Origin: Scenedesmus sp. PABB004
Taxonomy: Eukaryota
Assembly (NCBI GenBank): GCA_014905635.1
Contig: JABVCE010000024.1
Coordinates: 310,001 to 374,000 of the forward strand
Length of the DNA: 64,000 bases
Reading direction: 5' to 3'
Below are positions 41,809 through 54,778 of the stretch, in pieces. The notes below the pieces were generated by a model. The model had not been told where the DNA came from and searched no databases. It was given only the letters and a program-made list of their open reading frames with translations. The position numbers and the translations under genes were made by a program. Numbering within the stretch: the stretch's first letter is position 1; the number at the start of each line of letters is the position of its first letter.

Positions 41809-42258
41809 GCCCGCTGCTCCCAGCCGCGAGGGGGCCCGTTCCTCGCCCGGCTCAGGCGGCTGCGGGCCCGGAGACGCGGGCGCTGGGCATGTCCCTCGGG
41901 CGCTGATGGCCCACCCGCGCGCTGCTGTCGCGGCGTGCGCTGGGCCGCTGCCACCTGGCACGAGGAGGGAGGGTGCGGGCTGCGGGGTCGAGCCAGCAGC
42001 GGCGGCCGGGGGCGCCGCGCGACAGCAGCGGCGGCCGCGCACGCGCAGCAGCAGCGCTCGGCGCTCGTCGCGCGTCCGACGCAGCGGTGGTGGGGGTGGT
42101 TGTGTGCACGAGGCGCCGGGTGCACGAGAAGCAACGCCGGGCGGTCGGCGTCACAACCGTCAGCGGTCGGTCGTCACAACTCCACGCGTGCTGCGCCGCC
42201 CGAAACGCGCGGCCGCCGCGGCCGCCGCCGCGCTCGCCGCCCCCCCTCGCCCCTGCCC

Positions 42259-44100
42259 TCACTCGACGTCCGGGAAGACGAGCAGGCGCGTGTTGTCGGG
42301 GCGCGCCTCCATGGGGCAGTAGGGGCACTTGAACACGCGGCTCCGCCCGCGCGCGATCTTTGCGATGCTCGCCTCGCAGAGCACGTGGTTGCACGGCAGC
42401 AGCTTCGGCGGGTTGTCGGGCGTGCTCTGGTCGCGGCTGACGGGGCAGGCAAAGATACTGCGGTAAACAAACTCCGGCCCGAGCTCGAGCTCGATCGGCA
42501 GCTGCCCGCACCCCGCCAGCGACTGCCCGTTGCGCTCCATGAGCGCGGCGAGCTTCAGCAGCGGCGGCAGCGCCGCGCCGCCCGCCGCGACCGCGACGGC
42601 GAGCGGGCTGTCGTACGCCTGCGGCCGCGCGGCGGCGCGGCGGGGCAGGGTTTAGGCCTAGGCCCTGCGCGCCGCGCCGCCGCTGGCGCCGCGTGCGCGG
42701 CGCGCCACACGATCGTCCACAACGCCGCGCCGCCGCGCGTGCCCGCACCTGGCCCATGAGGCTGCACGCCTGGCGGCCAAACTCGGCCGCGACGTCGTCC
42801 CACGCCGTCGGGGCGAGCAGGTCTGCGTAGGGCGTCTCCCGGGGCGGCCGCCCCGCAAAGAGCAGGCAGCACATGAGGCGCTGGATCTCACGCATGTGCC
42901 GGCCCTTTATAAAAACCACGAGGCGTGTGACGGTGCGAGGTGACGGTGTGAGCGGGCGGGCGGGCGGCGTGTGAGCGTGCGTGCACACACGAGAGCGCGC
43001 GCAGGCGTACGAGGGCGCGCAGCGCGCGCAGCGTGCGCGCGCGCGTGAGTCTCGAGAGACTGCGCGCACCCGGAACGCGCCAAAGTGCGCCTGCGCGTAC
43101 GCGAGCGCCGCGGCCTGGCCCTGCGCCGCGAGCGCGTTGGTGAAGGCGAGCGCGTGCAGGCGGAACTCAAACGCGCACGCGCCGCCGTCGCCGCCGCCGG
43201 CGCCGGTCGCGGCGTCGTGCGCGGCGAGCGCCGCGCGGTGCTCCTGCGCCCACGCGAGCGCGGGCGCGAGGTTGCGCTGCTTGATCTGCGCGGCGCCCGG
43301 GCGGGTGCGGGCGGGCGCGGGCGCGTGGGCCGGACGCGCGGCGGCCCCTTCGTGTGTACGCTCAGGGCGCTGCAGCGCACACCCCGCGCGTGCGCGTGCC
43401 CGCACCTGCTGCAGCACCGCGTGCAGCGCGACGTACGGCTGGCGCAGCTCGTCGCCGCCGGGCAGGCCCGCCTCGGCGACAAAGGCGTCCGCCAGCGCGA
43501 AGCGGCCCTCGCGGTACAGGTGCTCCGCGATGACCTGGGCGGGGTTGAGGCGCGGGGCGGGCCGCGGGTCGTCGGAGCGGCGGCGTGCGTGCGTGGGTGC
43601 GAGAGCGGCCGCGGCCCGCGCGCGAAAACAGTGCGGCGCCGCGCGGCGCACCCGGTTGAGCGTCGCCGCGTCGAAGCTCACGCCGCGCATGGCCTTGCAG
43701 ACGTCGGTGCCGCTGTCAAAGGCCCGGTCCAGCGCCTGGCGCGGGCACGCGGGGCGGCGGCGGGGGGGGCGCGTCGCACGGCCGCGCGGCGCGCGGCGCG
43801 CCCCGCGCCCGGCCCCCGACGCTGCCCGCGCCCGCGCGCGCAGCGCGCCTTGCTGAGCTTGGCGACGGCGCCGTGCAGCTCCTTGGTGGCGCCGCTCATG
43901 TCGCGCACGCAGCCCGCGGCCTCCGCCGCGGCCACGAGCTCCGCCGCGGCGCCGGGCTGCCCCGCCGCGGCGCGGTCGCGCGCGGCCACCGCCAGGGCGA
44001 TGAGCCGGTCCAGGGACTCGTCCACCTTGGCGGCGGAGAGCTTCTGGCGCTTGACGACCTTGCCCGCCTCCTCGCAGGCCGCCGCGACGGGCGTCGCCAT
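42259..44100 (-). CDS. RMND5: RMND5/GID2 CTLH-complex E3 ligase subunit (LisH-CTLH-CRA-RING)
   Basis: [103 protein letters not shown]. Confidence 0.93.
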
Positions 44101-44568
44101 GGCGCAGCGGCGCCGCCGCTGCCGCGCCCCCCGCCGCTCGCACGGCGCGGCGGGCGTGTGCCACCGGCGGAGGAGCGCTCTGGGATCGCTACGGGACCGC
44201 TGGGCGGCTGCCCCCGGGCTCGCCTGGGCCGGGAGGGCGGTGCTGCTGCTGCCGGGATGCCTCTGCCTCTGCTCGCGGGCAGCGCGCCCGCTGGCTGTTC
44301 AGGGGCGAAAGCGTGGAGGGGACGGGCGGTTGGGCACGAGCAGGCAAGATTCGCTGCTGCTTGCGCGCCGCCGCTCCTGCGCGCAAGCGCCGCTGCTGCT
44401 GCTGCTGCGCTGCCGACCGCCGCTCGCCAGCGCACGCGCGTGCCGCCACGACTGCTGCCGCCTCGCTGTGCCCACCGGGCAGCTGGTCACACGACGCGCG
44501 CGTCACGAGCGGGGCGCGGCAGGGTTCAGCTCGCGCCGCCGGCCGCCGCGCACGCCGCGGCGACCTCC

Positions 44569-45162
44569 TCACGACCCCGCCGCGGCGTACGGCACCGCCT
44601 GCGCGATGAGGTGGCGCTCGTGCGCGTCCCACATCGCAAACGCGTCGGTCAGCCCCCGCAGCTTGCCCATGACGCGCCGCAGCAGCCCGTTCTGCGCCGC
44701 CAGCGCGGCCTTGAGCTCCGACGCGCGCGCCTTGAGCGCCGCGACGGCCTCGGGGTCGCCGTCGTCGTCGGGCGGCGCCGCCGCGCCTGGCACGGGGCGT
44801 GCACGGCGGCGCGGGCGGCTGGGCCGGGCGCTCGCGGCGCGGTCGCGGCGGCGCCGGGCGCAGCGGCTCGCGGCGGCGCGGCGCGGCCTCGCCCCGGGTC
44901 CCGCACCTGCTTCCCGCTGCTCCAGCGCCGCGCAGGCCTGCAGCACCGCGCCGACCTCCCGCGACGCCGCGAGGTAGGCCGCCTGCACCTCGCGCAGCGC
45001 GTCGGGCGCGGCCGGCGCCGCCGGCTGCAGGCCGCGATACGCCTCCAGCAGCGCCCCGCTCGACGCGAGCAGGCGGCCGAGCGCCGCCTGCCCCCGCTCC
45101 GCCAGGGCCTGCCGGTCGAGGTCGCCCAGGTCGGGCGGCTGCGGCGGCTGCTCCTGCTCCAT
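44569..45162 (-). CDS. Small coiled-coil protein, probable Mediator subunit 30
   Basis: LAERGQAALGRLL and LAAQNGLLRRVMGKLRGLTDAFAMW resemble MED30 N- and C-terminal helices. One intron ~44787-44907. Confidence 0.55.
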   Translation of the reverse strand: MEQEQPPQPPDLGDLDRQALAERGQAALGRLLASSGALLEAYRGLQPAAPAAPDALREVQAAYLAASREVGAVLQACAALEQREAGAGPGARPRRAAASRCARRRRDRAASARPSRPRRRARPVPGAAAPPDDDGDPEAVAALKARASELKAALAAQNGLLRRVMGKLRGLTDAFAMWDAHERHLIAQAVPYAAAGS

Positions 45163-45554
45163 GGTGGGCGCGGCGCCGCGCGGCGACAGCAGCGGCAGCA
45201 GCGGCGGCGGCGGCGTTTGCGCTTGTGGGGGGCGGGCTTGGCGTGGTGCGTGCGCTTGGATCGAGGGGACTGCGGTCGGCGGGGCAAATGGCAGAGAGAT
45301 TGGTGCGCCTCGGGTGCAAGGCAGCGGCGGCGGCGCAGCATCTAACGCTGCGCCGCGCCCCGAGCAAGGCGCCCTGGCGCTGCCGCTCAGCCGCACAACA
45401 CGGCGCCGGGGCAGCTGCATCGCTGAGTCACGCACGTGCCGATCAAACGACTGCCCCTCCGCCGAGCGAAGCGCGTGCCGGCCGCTGCTGCGCTGCCGAC
45501 GGTCTAATCCCGCCGCCGCAGCGACCGCCCCCGCCGCCGCGCGGCCGGGGCGCC

Positions 45555-46119
45555 ATGTTCCAGCGCCCCGGCAGCCGCGGCGGCGCCGCGTTCGGCGTGC
45601 GCCTCGGCCGCGACGGGCAGCAGCAGCAGGAGCAGCGGGCGCTGCCGGCGGCGGCGGCCGAGCCGCCGGCCAAGCGCGCGCGCGGCGCGGGCGCGCTGCC
45701 CGTGGAGTGCGTGCGGCGGGAGCTGCTGTTCCTGGTGGAGACGCACGCGACGCTGATCGTGGTCGGCGAGACGGGCTGCGGCAAGACAACGCAGATCCCG
45801 CGCTTCCTCCACGACGCCGGCTGGACCGCCGGCGGCCACCAGGCGCGGCGGCGGCAGCGGCGGCGGCGGCGGCGGTGGAGGGCGCAGGCCGACGGGCCGA
45901 CGGCGGGCCGGCACCCGCAGGCGTGCCGCGCGCCCACACGCCCCGCCGCCCGCGCGCGCCGCGTGCCGCGCAGGTCGTGTGCACGCAGCCGCGGCGCGTC
46001 GCCGCGGTGACGATCGCGCAGCGCGTCGCGGAGGAGATGGGCGTGCCTCTGGGCGGCCTGGTGGGGTACGGCGTGCGCTTCGAGGACGCGACCAACCAGG
46101 TGCGCCGCGGCGGCGGCCG

Positions 46120-46154
<35 letters not shown>

Positions 46155-49100
46155 CGGCAGCAGCGAGGCTGCTGCCGCAGCGACCCGACCCCGCCCCTGC
46201 ACTGCCGCCGCCGCCACCTGCCGCGCCTTGCCCATCGCTGCAGGCGGTGACGCGCATCAAGTACGTCACTGACGGCCTGCTGCTGCGGGAGATGATGGAC
46301 GACCCGCTGCTCACGCGCTACAGGTGCGCGATGGGGGCTGTGTTGAGGTTTAGGGTTTTCTTTTTTAGATCTGAGTATTGGGCGGGCCAGGCCAGGCATC
46401 AGGTCAGGGGTTTGGACCACCGACCTGCCCGCTGAGCCCGCCGCCGCCTGCCCGCCCGCCCGCCCCGCCCCCCAGCGTGGTCATGGTTGACGAGGCCCAC
46501 GAGCGCAGCCTCGCGACCGACACGCTGCTGGGCCTGCTCAAAAAGGTGCCGCGCCGCGCCGCGCTCGGCGCCGCGAGGCTCGGCGGCGCGGCCGCCGGCC
46601 CTCCTTGGCGCCCGCCGAGCGCCGCTCGCCACCGCCTTTGCTTGTGCGCGCGCAGGTGCAGCGGCGGCGGCCCGAGCTGCGGCTCGTCATCAGCAGCGCA
46701 ACGCTGGAGGTCGACCGCCTGGTCAGCTTCTTCGAGGCCGGCGGCGCGCGGGCCGCGGCGGCAGCGGCGCCGGGCGGCGCCGGCGGCGCGCCCGCGTCGC
46801 GGCGGCCCGCGGTGCTGAGCATCTCGGGGCGGACATACCCGGTGCAGGTGGGGCGCAGGGGGCCGGCCGCACCAGACGGCTGCGGCGGGGCGCCACGCGC
46901 CACGCCGCGCTGACCCGCACCCGTGCCCGCGCCGGTCGCCGGTCGCCAGGTTCACTACGCGCTGCAGCCGTGCGCCGACTACGTCCGCGCCGCGGTGACG
47001 GCCGCGGTCGACATCCACCGCGAGGATGTGCCGGGGGACGTGCTGGTCTTCCTCACAGGTGCGCCGCCGGTGTTATCGCTGCCATCGCTGCCGCCGCCGG
47101 CGACCCGCCTGTCAGCGCTGCCATCGGCCGCCGCCGCTGTGCGTTGATTGATTGATACCCGGACTGTGCACGTGCCGACCGCCGCCGCCGCGCCCGCGGC
47201 GTCCGCCGCCGCGCAGGCCAGGAGGAGGTGGAGCAGGCGGTGCGGCTGCTGCAGGAGGAGGGGCAGCGCCTGGCGCGCAGCCGGCTCAAGTACCGCCTCG
47301 TGCCGGCGCCGCTCTACGCCGGTGCGCCCCCGCCGCCCCGTGCTCGCCGCGCCACGCACGCCCTGCGTGCGCTGCGCAGCCCCGCAGCCCCCCTCACACA
47401 CACGCGACCGCGTGTCGCTGTGCACGGCCGTGCGCCGCAGGCCTGCCCGGCGCGGCGCAGCGGCTCGCGCTCGAGCCGTCGGCGCGGGGGTGCCGCAAGG
47501 TCGTGGTCGCGACCAACATCGCGGAGACGAGCCTCACCATCGAGGTGAGGTGGGGGTGTGGACACACGGACGCACACCCTTGTTTTTTTTTGCCGCTGGC
47601 CGGCCGCAAGCGCTCGCCGCGCATCCGCGCCGCCGCCGCTCACGCGTCCGTCGGCCTGCTGTTGCCCCACGTCCCGCCCCGCTCCGCGCCGCTGCCCTCC
47701 CATTCCCTCCCCGCCCGTCGCTCGCGGCGCAGGGCGTGGTGTACGTGGTGGACAGCTGCTACGTCAAGCAGCGCGCCTACAACCCCCTCACCGGCCTCGA
47801 GTCGCTGCTCGTCGCGCCGACGTCCAAGGCGCGCGCGCGCGCTGCGTCCAAGGCTGCGCGCGCCGCGCGCGACGCGCGCGCCCAGCGCGCCTCACCCGGG
47901 GCCCCACCTCCGCCCGCGCAGGCGTCGTGCGCGCAGCGCGCGGGTCGGGCGGGCCGCGTGCGCCCGGGGCACGCGTTCCGGCTGTGCACCGAGGAGGCGT
48001 GGGCGGCGCTGCTGCCCGACGCGACGGTGCCCGAGATGCAGCGCAGCGACCTGGCGGGCCTGCTGCTGCAGCTCAAGGCGCGTGCGCTGGGCTGGGCTCG
48101 GCCGCTGAGGGGGGAGGGGGAGGGGCACAGTGTGCCCGCGCTGCTAGCTGCTGAGCAACAACATAGCCTTAGCCCATTGTTGTTGTTATAACGCCTGTTG
48201 AACGCCTGTTGAGTTGTTATTAACGCCTCGCCCCGCAGGCGCTGGGCATCGACAACATCATGCGATTCGACTGGCTCGCGCCGCCGCCGGCAGAGGCGGT
48301 CGTGCGCGCGCTGGAGCTGCTGCACGCGCTCGGCGCGCTCGACGGCGACGCGCGGTGCGCCGGCGGCCGCCGCGCGCCGCGCCGGCAGCGGCCGCGGCTC
48401 GGCGGCTGACAACTGCTGACCACACCGCCGCTGACCGCCCGCCGGCTGACCCCGCCCCGCCCCGCGCCGCGTGCAGGCTGACGCCCTCGCTCGGCATCCC
48501 GCTCGCGGAGCTGCCGCTGCCGCCGCAGCTCGGCGCCGCGCTGCTGTCGGCGACGACCGAGCACGGCTGCTGCCAGGAGCTGCTCACGCTCGCGGGGATG
48601 CTCAGCGTGCCCGCGGTCTGGGCGTCGCCGGGCGCGGTCGGCGGGCGGCGCAAGCTCGAGGAGGTGCGGCGGGGGGCCACCGGGGCCTGGCCGAGCCTGG
48701 CCGCTGTGCGCCGCGTGGCTGCCGCGAGAAAGCGCGCGCCGCCGCCGTTGCCCACACCCGTCAGGCCAAGGCCAAGTTTGCCGCCGCCGAGGGTGACCTG
48801 ATCACCTTCCTTAACGTCCACCGCGCCTGGCTCGCGCACGGCAAGTCGCACCGCTGGTGAGGCCCCGCGCGGCGCCGGCCGGCCGCCGCGGGCTGGTCGC
48901 CGCTGCGGGGGGCTGGCCGCGACGCAGCTGAGCCCTCGCGCCGCGCCGCGCCGCGCGGCAGGGCGACCCGCAACGGCATCCACCAGCACGGCATGCTGCG
49001 CGCGGCCGAGGTGTCGCAGCAGATCTGCCGCAAGCTGAAGCGCCTCGGCCTCAACACCAACAGCAGCGCCGAGGGCGAGGTCGACAAGGCGCGCACACTC

Positions 49101-49654
49101 ACACCACCACCGGCAGCGGCGGCGCTGCTGTGGCCCTGCGGCAACGCCCAGCCCGCGCGCCGGCCGCCGCGCCGCCGCCACGTGCTTACAGATCCGCCCC
49201 CGCCGCGTCCGCGTCTTCGCAGGTGCTCAAGGCCGTCACGGTCGGCCTGGCGCTGAACGCGGCGCAGTTCGCAACCACACAGTACGACCCGACCGCGCCG
49301 GCGGACGCCGGCAGCAACGTGTACCGCCTGCTGCGCCACGTGACTCCCGGTGCGCGGCGTGCGCGCGGGCGCAGCGCGGCACGCGCGCTCCTCCGCCTGC
49401 CTCCACGGCCTGCAGCTCGCCCCCACCCACCCACCCAACACACACACACGCAACCGCACGCACCCGCAACCGCAGGCGTGCCGCTGAAGCTGCGCATCCA
49501 CGCGTCGTCGGTGCTCTGCCGCACGCGGCCGGGCCTGGTGCTCTTCCTGTCGTGCCAGCAGAACGAGGAGGGCTGGCACGAGATGCAGGGCGTGAGCGCG
49601 GTGCCGCCGGAGTGGCTGCCCCAGCTCGCGCCGGGCGTGTGGTCGAGCCGATGA
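45555..49654 (+). CDS. DHX35: DEAH-box RNA helicase, DHX35-like
   Basis: VVGETGCGKTTQIP, CTQPRRVAA, VGYGVRFED, VMVDEAHERS, ISSAT, GRTYPV, GDVLVFLTG, KVVVATNIAETSLTI, QRAGRAGR, PEMQRSDL. N-terminal MFQRPG and absence of an S1 domain fit DHX35. Confidence 0.88.
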
Positions 49655-49791
49655 CGACAGAGCCGCTGCGCGCTGCGCGGCGGCGGCTGCCGCAGCTCGC
49701 GGCACGTGGCTCACTGGTGCTGTGGTGACCGCTGCCAGACACGCGCACTGCCTCGGATGCTCGTGGTTCGAGCGGCTCCGCGCGAGTCGGT

Positions 49792-51706
49792 TCAGCGGGA
49801 CACCGCCGCGGCGGCCGCCGCCGCCGCCGCCGCGGCGCGCTGCGCCAGGTCCGCGCGGCCCATCTGCGCCAGCGCGCACGCGAGCTGCGCGCTGGCCGTG
49901 GATCCCAGCGCGCCCGGCGCGTCTTGCAGCGCCGGCGCCCCGCCCTCGCCGCCCTGCCCGCCGCGCCGCGCCGCGCCACGCCCCCTCCCCCCGCGCCGCC
50001 GTGCCGCCGCAGCGGCGCGCTCCGCGGCCGCCGTGGCCGCTTCGGCCAGCAGCTCGTCGGGGCGGCCGAGGCTCACGCACGCCCACAGCACGCCGGCCAG
50101 CACCTGCGGCCCGCTCGCCTCGGCGCTGGCCAGCGCCGCCGCGCCCAGCACCGCTGCCGCGTCGGCAAAGGCAGGCGCCCGCTGCTCCACCTGCTGCTGC
50201 TGCTGCTGATCCCGCAGGTCCATCAGTGCCGCCGCCGCTGCCTGGAGCTCCGCCGGCTCAAACGCGTCCACGCCGCTGCCTGCCACGGCGGCGCACGCCC
50301 AGCGGGCGAGCGGGCGCGCCTGCGCGCCGCCGCCGGCGAGCGGCAGCAGCTGCAGCAGCTGCACCAGCGCCCCCGCCGGCAGCGCGCCGCTCGCCCTGCC
50401 GCCCAGCAGCGCGTCCTGCAGCGCCGCCAGCAGCTGCGCGTCCGCGTGGCCGAGCTGCGCCAGCGCGTGCACGCCGCGCACGAGCGCTGGCCGCTCGTCG
50501 CCGGCCGCCGCGCCCTCGCCGGCCGCGCGGCGCGCGAGGGCGCGCAGCTGCCGTGCCAGCGCCGGCAGCAGCTCCGCGTGCGGCAGCCCCAGCTGCACGT
50601 ACGCGGCGGCCAGCTCAGCGCAGTCTCCCGCCGACATCAGCGGCGCGGCACGCGCCGCCTCATCACCGAGCAGCTGCATCAGCGCCGCGTCCTCCAGCCC
50701 CACGGCGGCCAGGGCCGCAGCGAGGCGGGGATAGCACACCGAGACCCAGGCAGGCGCCGCGGGCCTGCCGCCGCCGAGCACGGCGCCGCCGCCGGCGCCG
50801 GGCGGCGGCCCGGCCGCCAGCTCGCCGGCGACGACCACCGCCTCGTGAGCCGCGCCGGCGCGGCTGCTGGCGGCCCCTGGCGGCGGCGCGCCCAGGGCGT
50901 CCAGGGCGGCGCGGTCACTGTCGCCGGCGGCGGCGTCGAGAGGCTCGCCATCATCCCATGAGGCTCCCTCGGGCGAGTCAGGCTGCGCCGCACGCGGCCA
51001 GCCGGGCTCGTCCGTTGCTTCCCAGGTCGCGCCGAGCTGCTGGTGCTGCAGCAGGGGCCCCGCGTCGGACAGCTCCTCTCCTTGCTGCTCCTGCCAGTCC
51101 AGCTGCCACAGCTCGTCCTCCCACTCGCCCTCTGCCTCAGGCTCCAGCCAGCCCTCGCCCTCGACCCGCGCCGCCTCCTCCTCCAGCTGCTGCTGCGGCT
51201 GCTCCGGTGGCTGCTGCTGCTCCTGCGGCTGCTGCTGCTGCTGTTGCTGCTGCTGGTGCTGGTGCGGCGCCGGCGCCCACGCGACCTCCAGCTGCAGCCG
51301 CGCCGCGCGCTGCGCCTGCAGCGAGCGCGTGGCGCCCGACGCGAGCGCCAGCCACGCCGCGCGCTCGCGCCAGCCGAGGCGCGCGAGCGCCGCCGCGAGC
51401 TCGCACAGCAGGTCTGGCTTGACCGGGAGCTTCTTGCCGCCCTCGCGGAGCAGCTCGCGCATCAGCGGGTCCACCAGCTCCGGGCCCGGCGCCGGGCGCA
51501 GCGCCGACAGCACGACCAGCAGCTCCGCGAGGCGCTCCGGGTTGAGCGCGCGCAGCACGCGCGCGTCGCGCAGCTCAGGGCCGACCAGGCACAGCAGCCC
51601 GAGCGCGTCGCCCGACGCACGCGGGCCCGCCTCGTGCGGCGGCAGCACCACCCTGCGGGCGGCGGCGGCGGCGGCAGCGGGGTCGCGCGAGAGCTGCGCC
51701 CGCAGC

Positions 51707-51737
<31 letters not shown>

Positions 51738-52277
51738 GCTGCCACAGCCCGCTCCCTGCGCGGCGCTCGCCTGAAATAGAGCAGCGCCCCGACCCGCATC
51801 AGCAGCGCGGCGGTGTGCACGGGGCGCCACACGGCCGACTTGTGGCGCGCCGACGCAAAGATGCGCGCAAGGCCTGCCGCAGCAGCGGCGGCGGCGGGGT
51901 GGGCGCGCGCCGCGCGGGCTGGGGCCGCCGCCGGCGCCCCCTGCCGCAGCGCCGCTCACCCGGCAGGCTGACGCACTGCTGGATGCTCAGCAGCAGCCGG
52001 CGCCAGGGCGTGTTGGGCTTGCCGCCCGGCAGCGCGTCGCGCTGCACCTCAGCGTACGCGTCACGCCGGCCGGCCGCCGCCACGACCGCCGCCCGGCGTC
52101 TTGCGCTGCTGGAGCTGCTGCTGCTGGTGGTGCTCCTGCTGCCTCCGCCACTGCGGCTGGGGCTGGGCGGCCCCCCTGCGGCGCGCGGGCAGCGGCAGCG
52201 GCGCGGCGTGTGCGCGGGGGCAGGGGGCGGAGCTGCGGCTGCTTGAGCGCTCTCAGAAGACTGCCACGCACCAACAC
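49792..52277 (-). CDS. Organelle-targeted Ala/Leu-rich helical-repeat protein (OPR/RAP-like RNA-binding candidate)
   Basis: Transit-peptide-like MLVRGSLLRALKQPQLRP. Repeated motifs 'ELAAALARLG', 'AAAYVQLGLPHAELL', 'HALAQLGHADAQLL', 'LWACVSLGRPDELL'. Two introns; 1-nt frame break at ~52095. Confidence 0.6.
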
Positions 52278-52652
52278 ATGCTCTGTGAAGCCGCGCCCCC
52301 GGCCCAGCGCGGCTGTGGAGCCTGGCGCCGGGCGGCGGGCGCGTCACTGCGCCGCCCGCCGCTCGGCCGGCCGCCGCGCCAGCCGCTGCGCCAGCGCCTG
52401 CGGCGGCATGGACCCGCGGCATGCACCCGCCGGCTGCAACAGCTCTGGCGCGCCGCGCGGCGGCGGCGAGCACAGCGGCAGCAGCGGCGGCAGCGCTCGC
52501 GCCCCCGCACGGCGCTTGCAGGGGCTGTGCGTGGTGTGCGCCGATGCGAGAACCACCTGGAGCGATCCCTGTGCGCCGGCGCGCGGCGCCTCGCTGAGCC
52601 CTGGGCACAACGAACGGTTACACGACGCGGGCGCGGCGCCCGCCGCCCGCGC

Positions 52653-53968
52653 TCAGCCGCAGAGTGCCTCCTGCACGCCGAGCGTGCCGGGCGCGAACGG
52701 CGCAAACGGCAGCGGGTACCAGTGCGTGGGCGTGACCGCGACGAAGAGCGCCCAGACGCTGAACAGCGCCCACGCGAGCCGCCGCACGGGCGGAAAGAGG
52801 CGCGCGAGCCCCGCGTCGAGCAGCTTGGCGCCCTGGAAGCCCCAGTAGAGCCAGAGGCGCCCCTGGCCCGCGAGCGCGAGCAGCAGGACCCACTTGGCGA
52901 GCGAGAGCCGCCCGAGCGCCCAGTTCAGGCCGGCCGCGAGCGAGAGCGGCGGGCTGAAGCTCCAGAGCCAGCCGAAGAGCGCGAGGTGCACGCCTGCGGG
53001 GCGCGGGCGGGCGAGGAGCACGCGCGCGGCGCGGTGGTGGGTGAGGGGGGACGCCGGCGGCGAGCGCGCGCGGCGGCGGCCGGCTGCGGCGCCGGGCGGG
53101 GGCGGCGGCGCGCGCGCCGCACCTCCGTACACCGCGGCAAAGAGCGCCTGCGCGGCGCGGTCGCTCCAGCTGTACGTCAGCTGCTCGAGGCCCCTGCGGC
53201 CGCGGTCGCGGCGGCAGCAGCGGTTAGCAGCGCACGTGGCAGCCGGTGAGTGCCCCTGCTGCTGCGTCTGCTGGTGGCGCGTCTGCTGGCGCCTCTACAG
53301 CTGGCGGCGGCGGCATCAACGCCGCCGGCGGAGGGCTGGGAAATAAATAATAAAAACAAACGCACCGGTAGAAGAAGAATGGCACGACCTTTGGGTCGTC
53401 CACCGGCGCCAGCCAGCCCCAGCTCCAGCGCCAGCGCCCCTCGCCGTCGCGGCGCGGGCCCGGCCAGTCGGCGCTGTAGTCACGCAGAGCCTCGACCTGC
53501 CAGAACTCACTCCCCGGCGCGCTCGCGGACACCGGCAGCGGGACCTGCGCGGCGGGCAGGTGCGCGGGGGTGCGCGCGGGGGGTGCGCACGTGGCACGTG
53601 GCGGCAGCGTGGGCGCGGGCGGGTGGCCGGCGCAGCGGGCTGCCGCGCCGCGGGGCGCCGCTGCCGGGCGCAGCAGGCCCTGCTGGCCGCCGCCGTGTGG
53701 CGGCCGGTCGGCGCGCGCACCTTGGTGGCCCGGAAGCGCTGCACAAAGGGGTTGCCGAGCTCGATGCTGCCCGGGCGGCCGGCCGGGTCCCACAGCTCGC
53801 CCGGGCTCAGGCGCGCCTGCTCGCCCGCGACCGACACGCGCGCGCCCGGCGCGCCGCCGGCCAGCGGCGTGCCGAGCCACGCGTCCGCCGGCGCGCCGCT
53901 GTCGCTGGGGCGGTAGTGGTGCCGGAAGCGGTAGACCTGTGCGCTGCTGCTGCTGTCGCCGCCGCCGC

Positions 53969-54002
<34 letters not shown>

Positions 54003-54137
54003 GCCGCCCGCCGCGGCCGCGCCGCGCCGCCGCGCGCCGCCGGCGCACCCGCGCCGGGCCAGGGCGTGGCCCAGGGAGCCGGGCAGGCGCGGGCGGCAAA
54101 CGGCTCCTGCTGCCGGGGCTGCGCCGGGCTGCTGCAT
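52653..54137 (-). CDS. Hypothetical Trp-rich multi-pass membrane protein, probably plastid-targeted
   Basis: Four spliceable exons from MQQPGAAPAAG. Hydrophobic C-terminus VHLALFGWLWSFSPP...WALFSVWALFVAVTPTHWYPLPF. Confidence 0.6.
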
Positions 54138-54778
54138 TGCGGCCGCCGGCGCGCCTGACGCGCCGGGGCTGCGCCTGTGGGACGGCTAGATCGCCTGGCG
54201 CACTCCGGTGCGAGCCCGCGATCGCTCGGCGCTCCCAGCGGCCGGGGCGGGCGCGCGATTGATGGGGCGTCCGCTGCTGCTGCTGCCGTTCGCGTCTGGC
54301 TCCTCCGCTGTCGCCGAGACCAATGGCTGTGCGAGTACCGCTGTGGCGTGCAGAGTGGACGCGCGAGGCTGTCAATCCTGCGCTTCAGCAGCAGAGCCCA
54401 CGCGCCTCCCGCCACCTCTAGGGCCGCTCGGCCCGTGCGGCGTGCGCAGATCGACGATCCTCGTCGCCCGCGCGCGCCCGGGACCGGCCTTGCGCGCGAA
54501 GCAGCAGCCCCAGCTCCAGCAGAGGCCCAAGTCGGCCTCAAGGCCGCGCCCAGGCGCTGCCGGGGCTCCGCCAGGTGCGGGGCGTGCACTGGAGCGTGCA
54601 GGGGAGCGCGGGCGGCCGCACTGACGGCGGCGGGGGCACGGCGCGGCGCCGGCGGTGCCGCAGCAGCGGCGCGCGCGCCCCCGGCGCGCCCGCGCGATCG
54701 CGCCCGCCGCGCCGCCCCCGCCCAGCAGCAGGAGCGGCGCCCGCCGCAGGGAGGCCCCCCGCCTGCAGCGCCGCCGCC

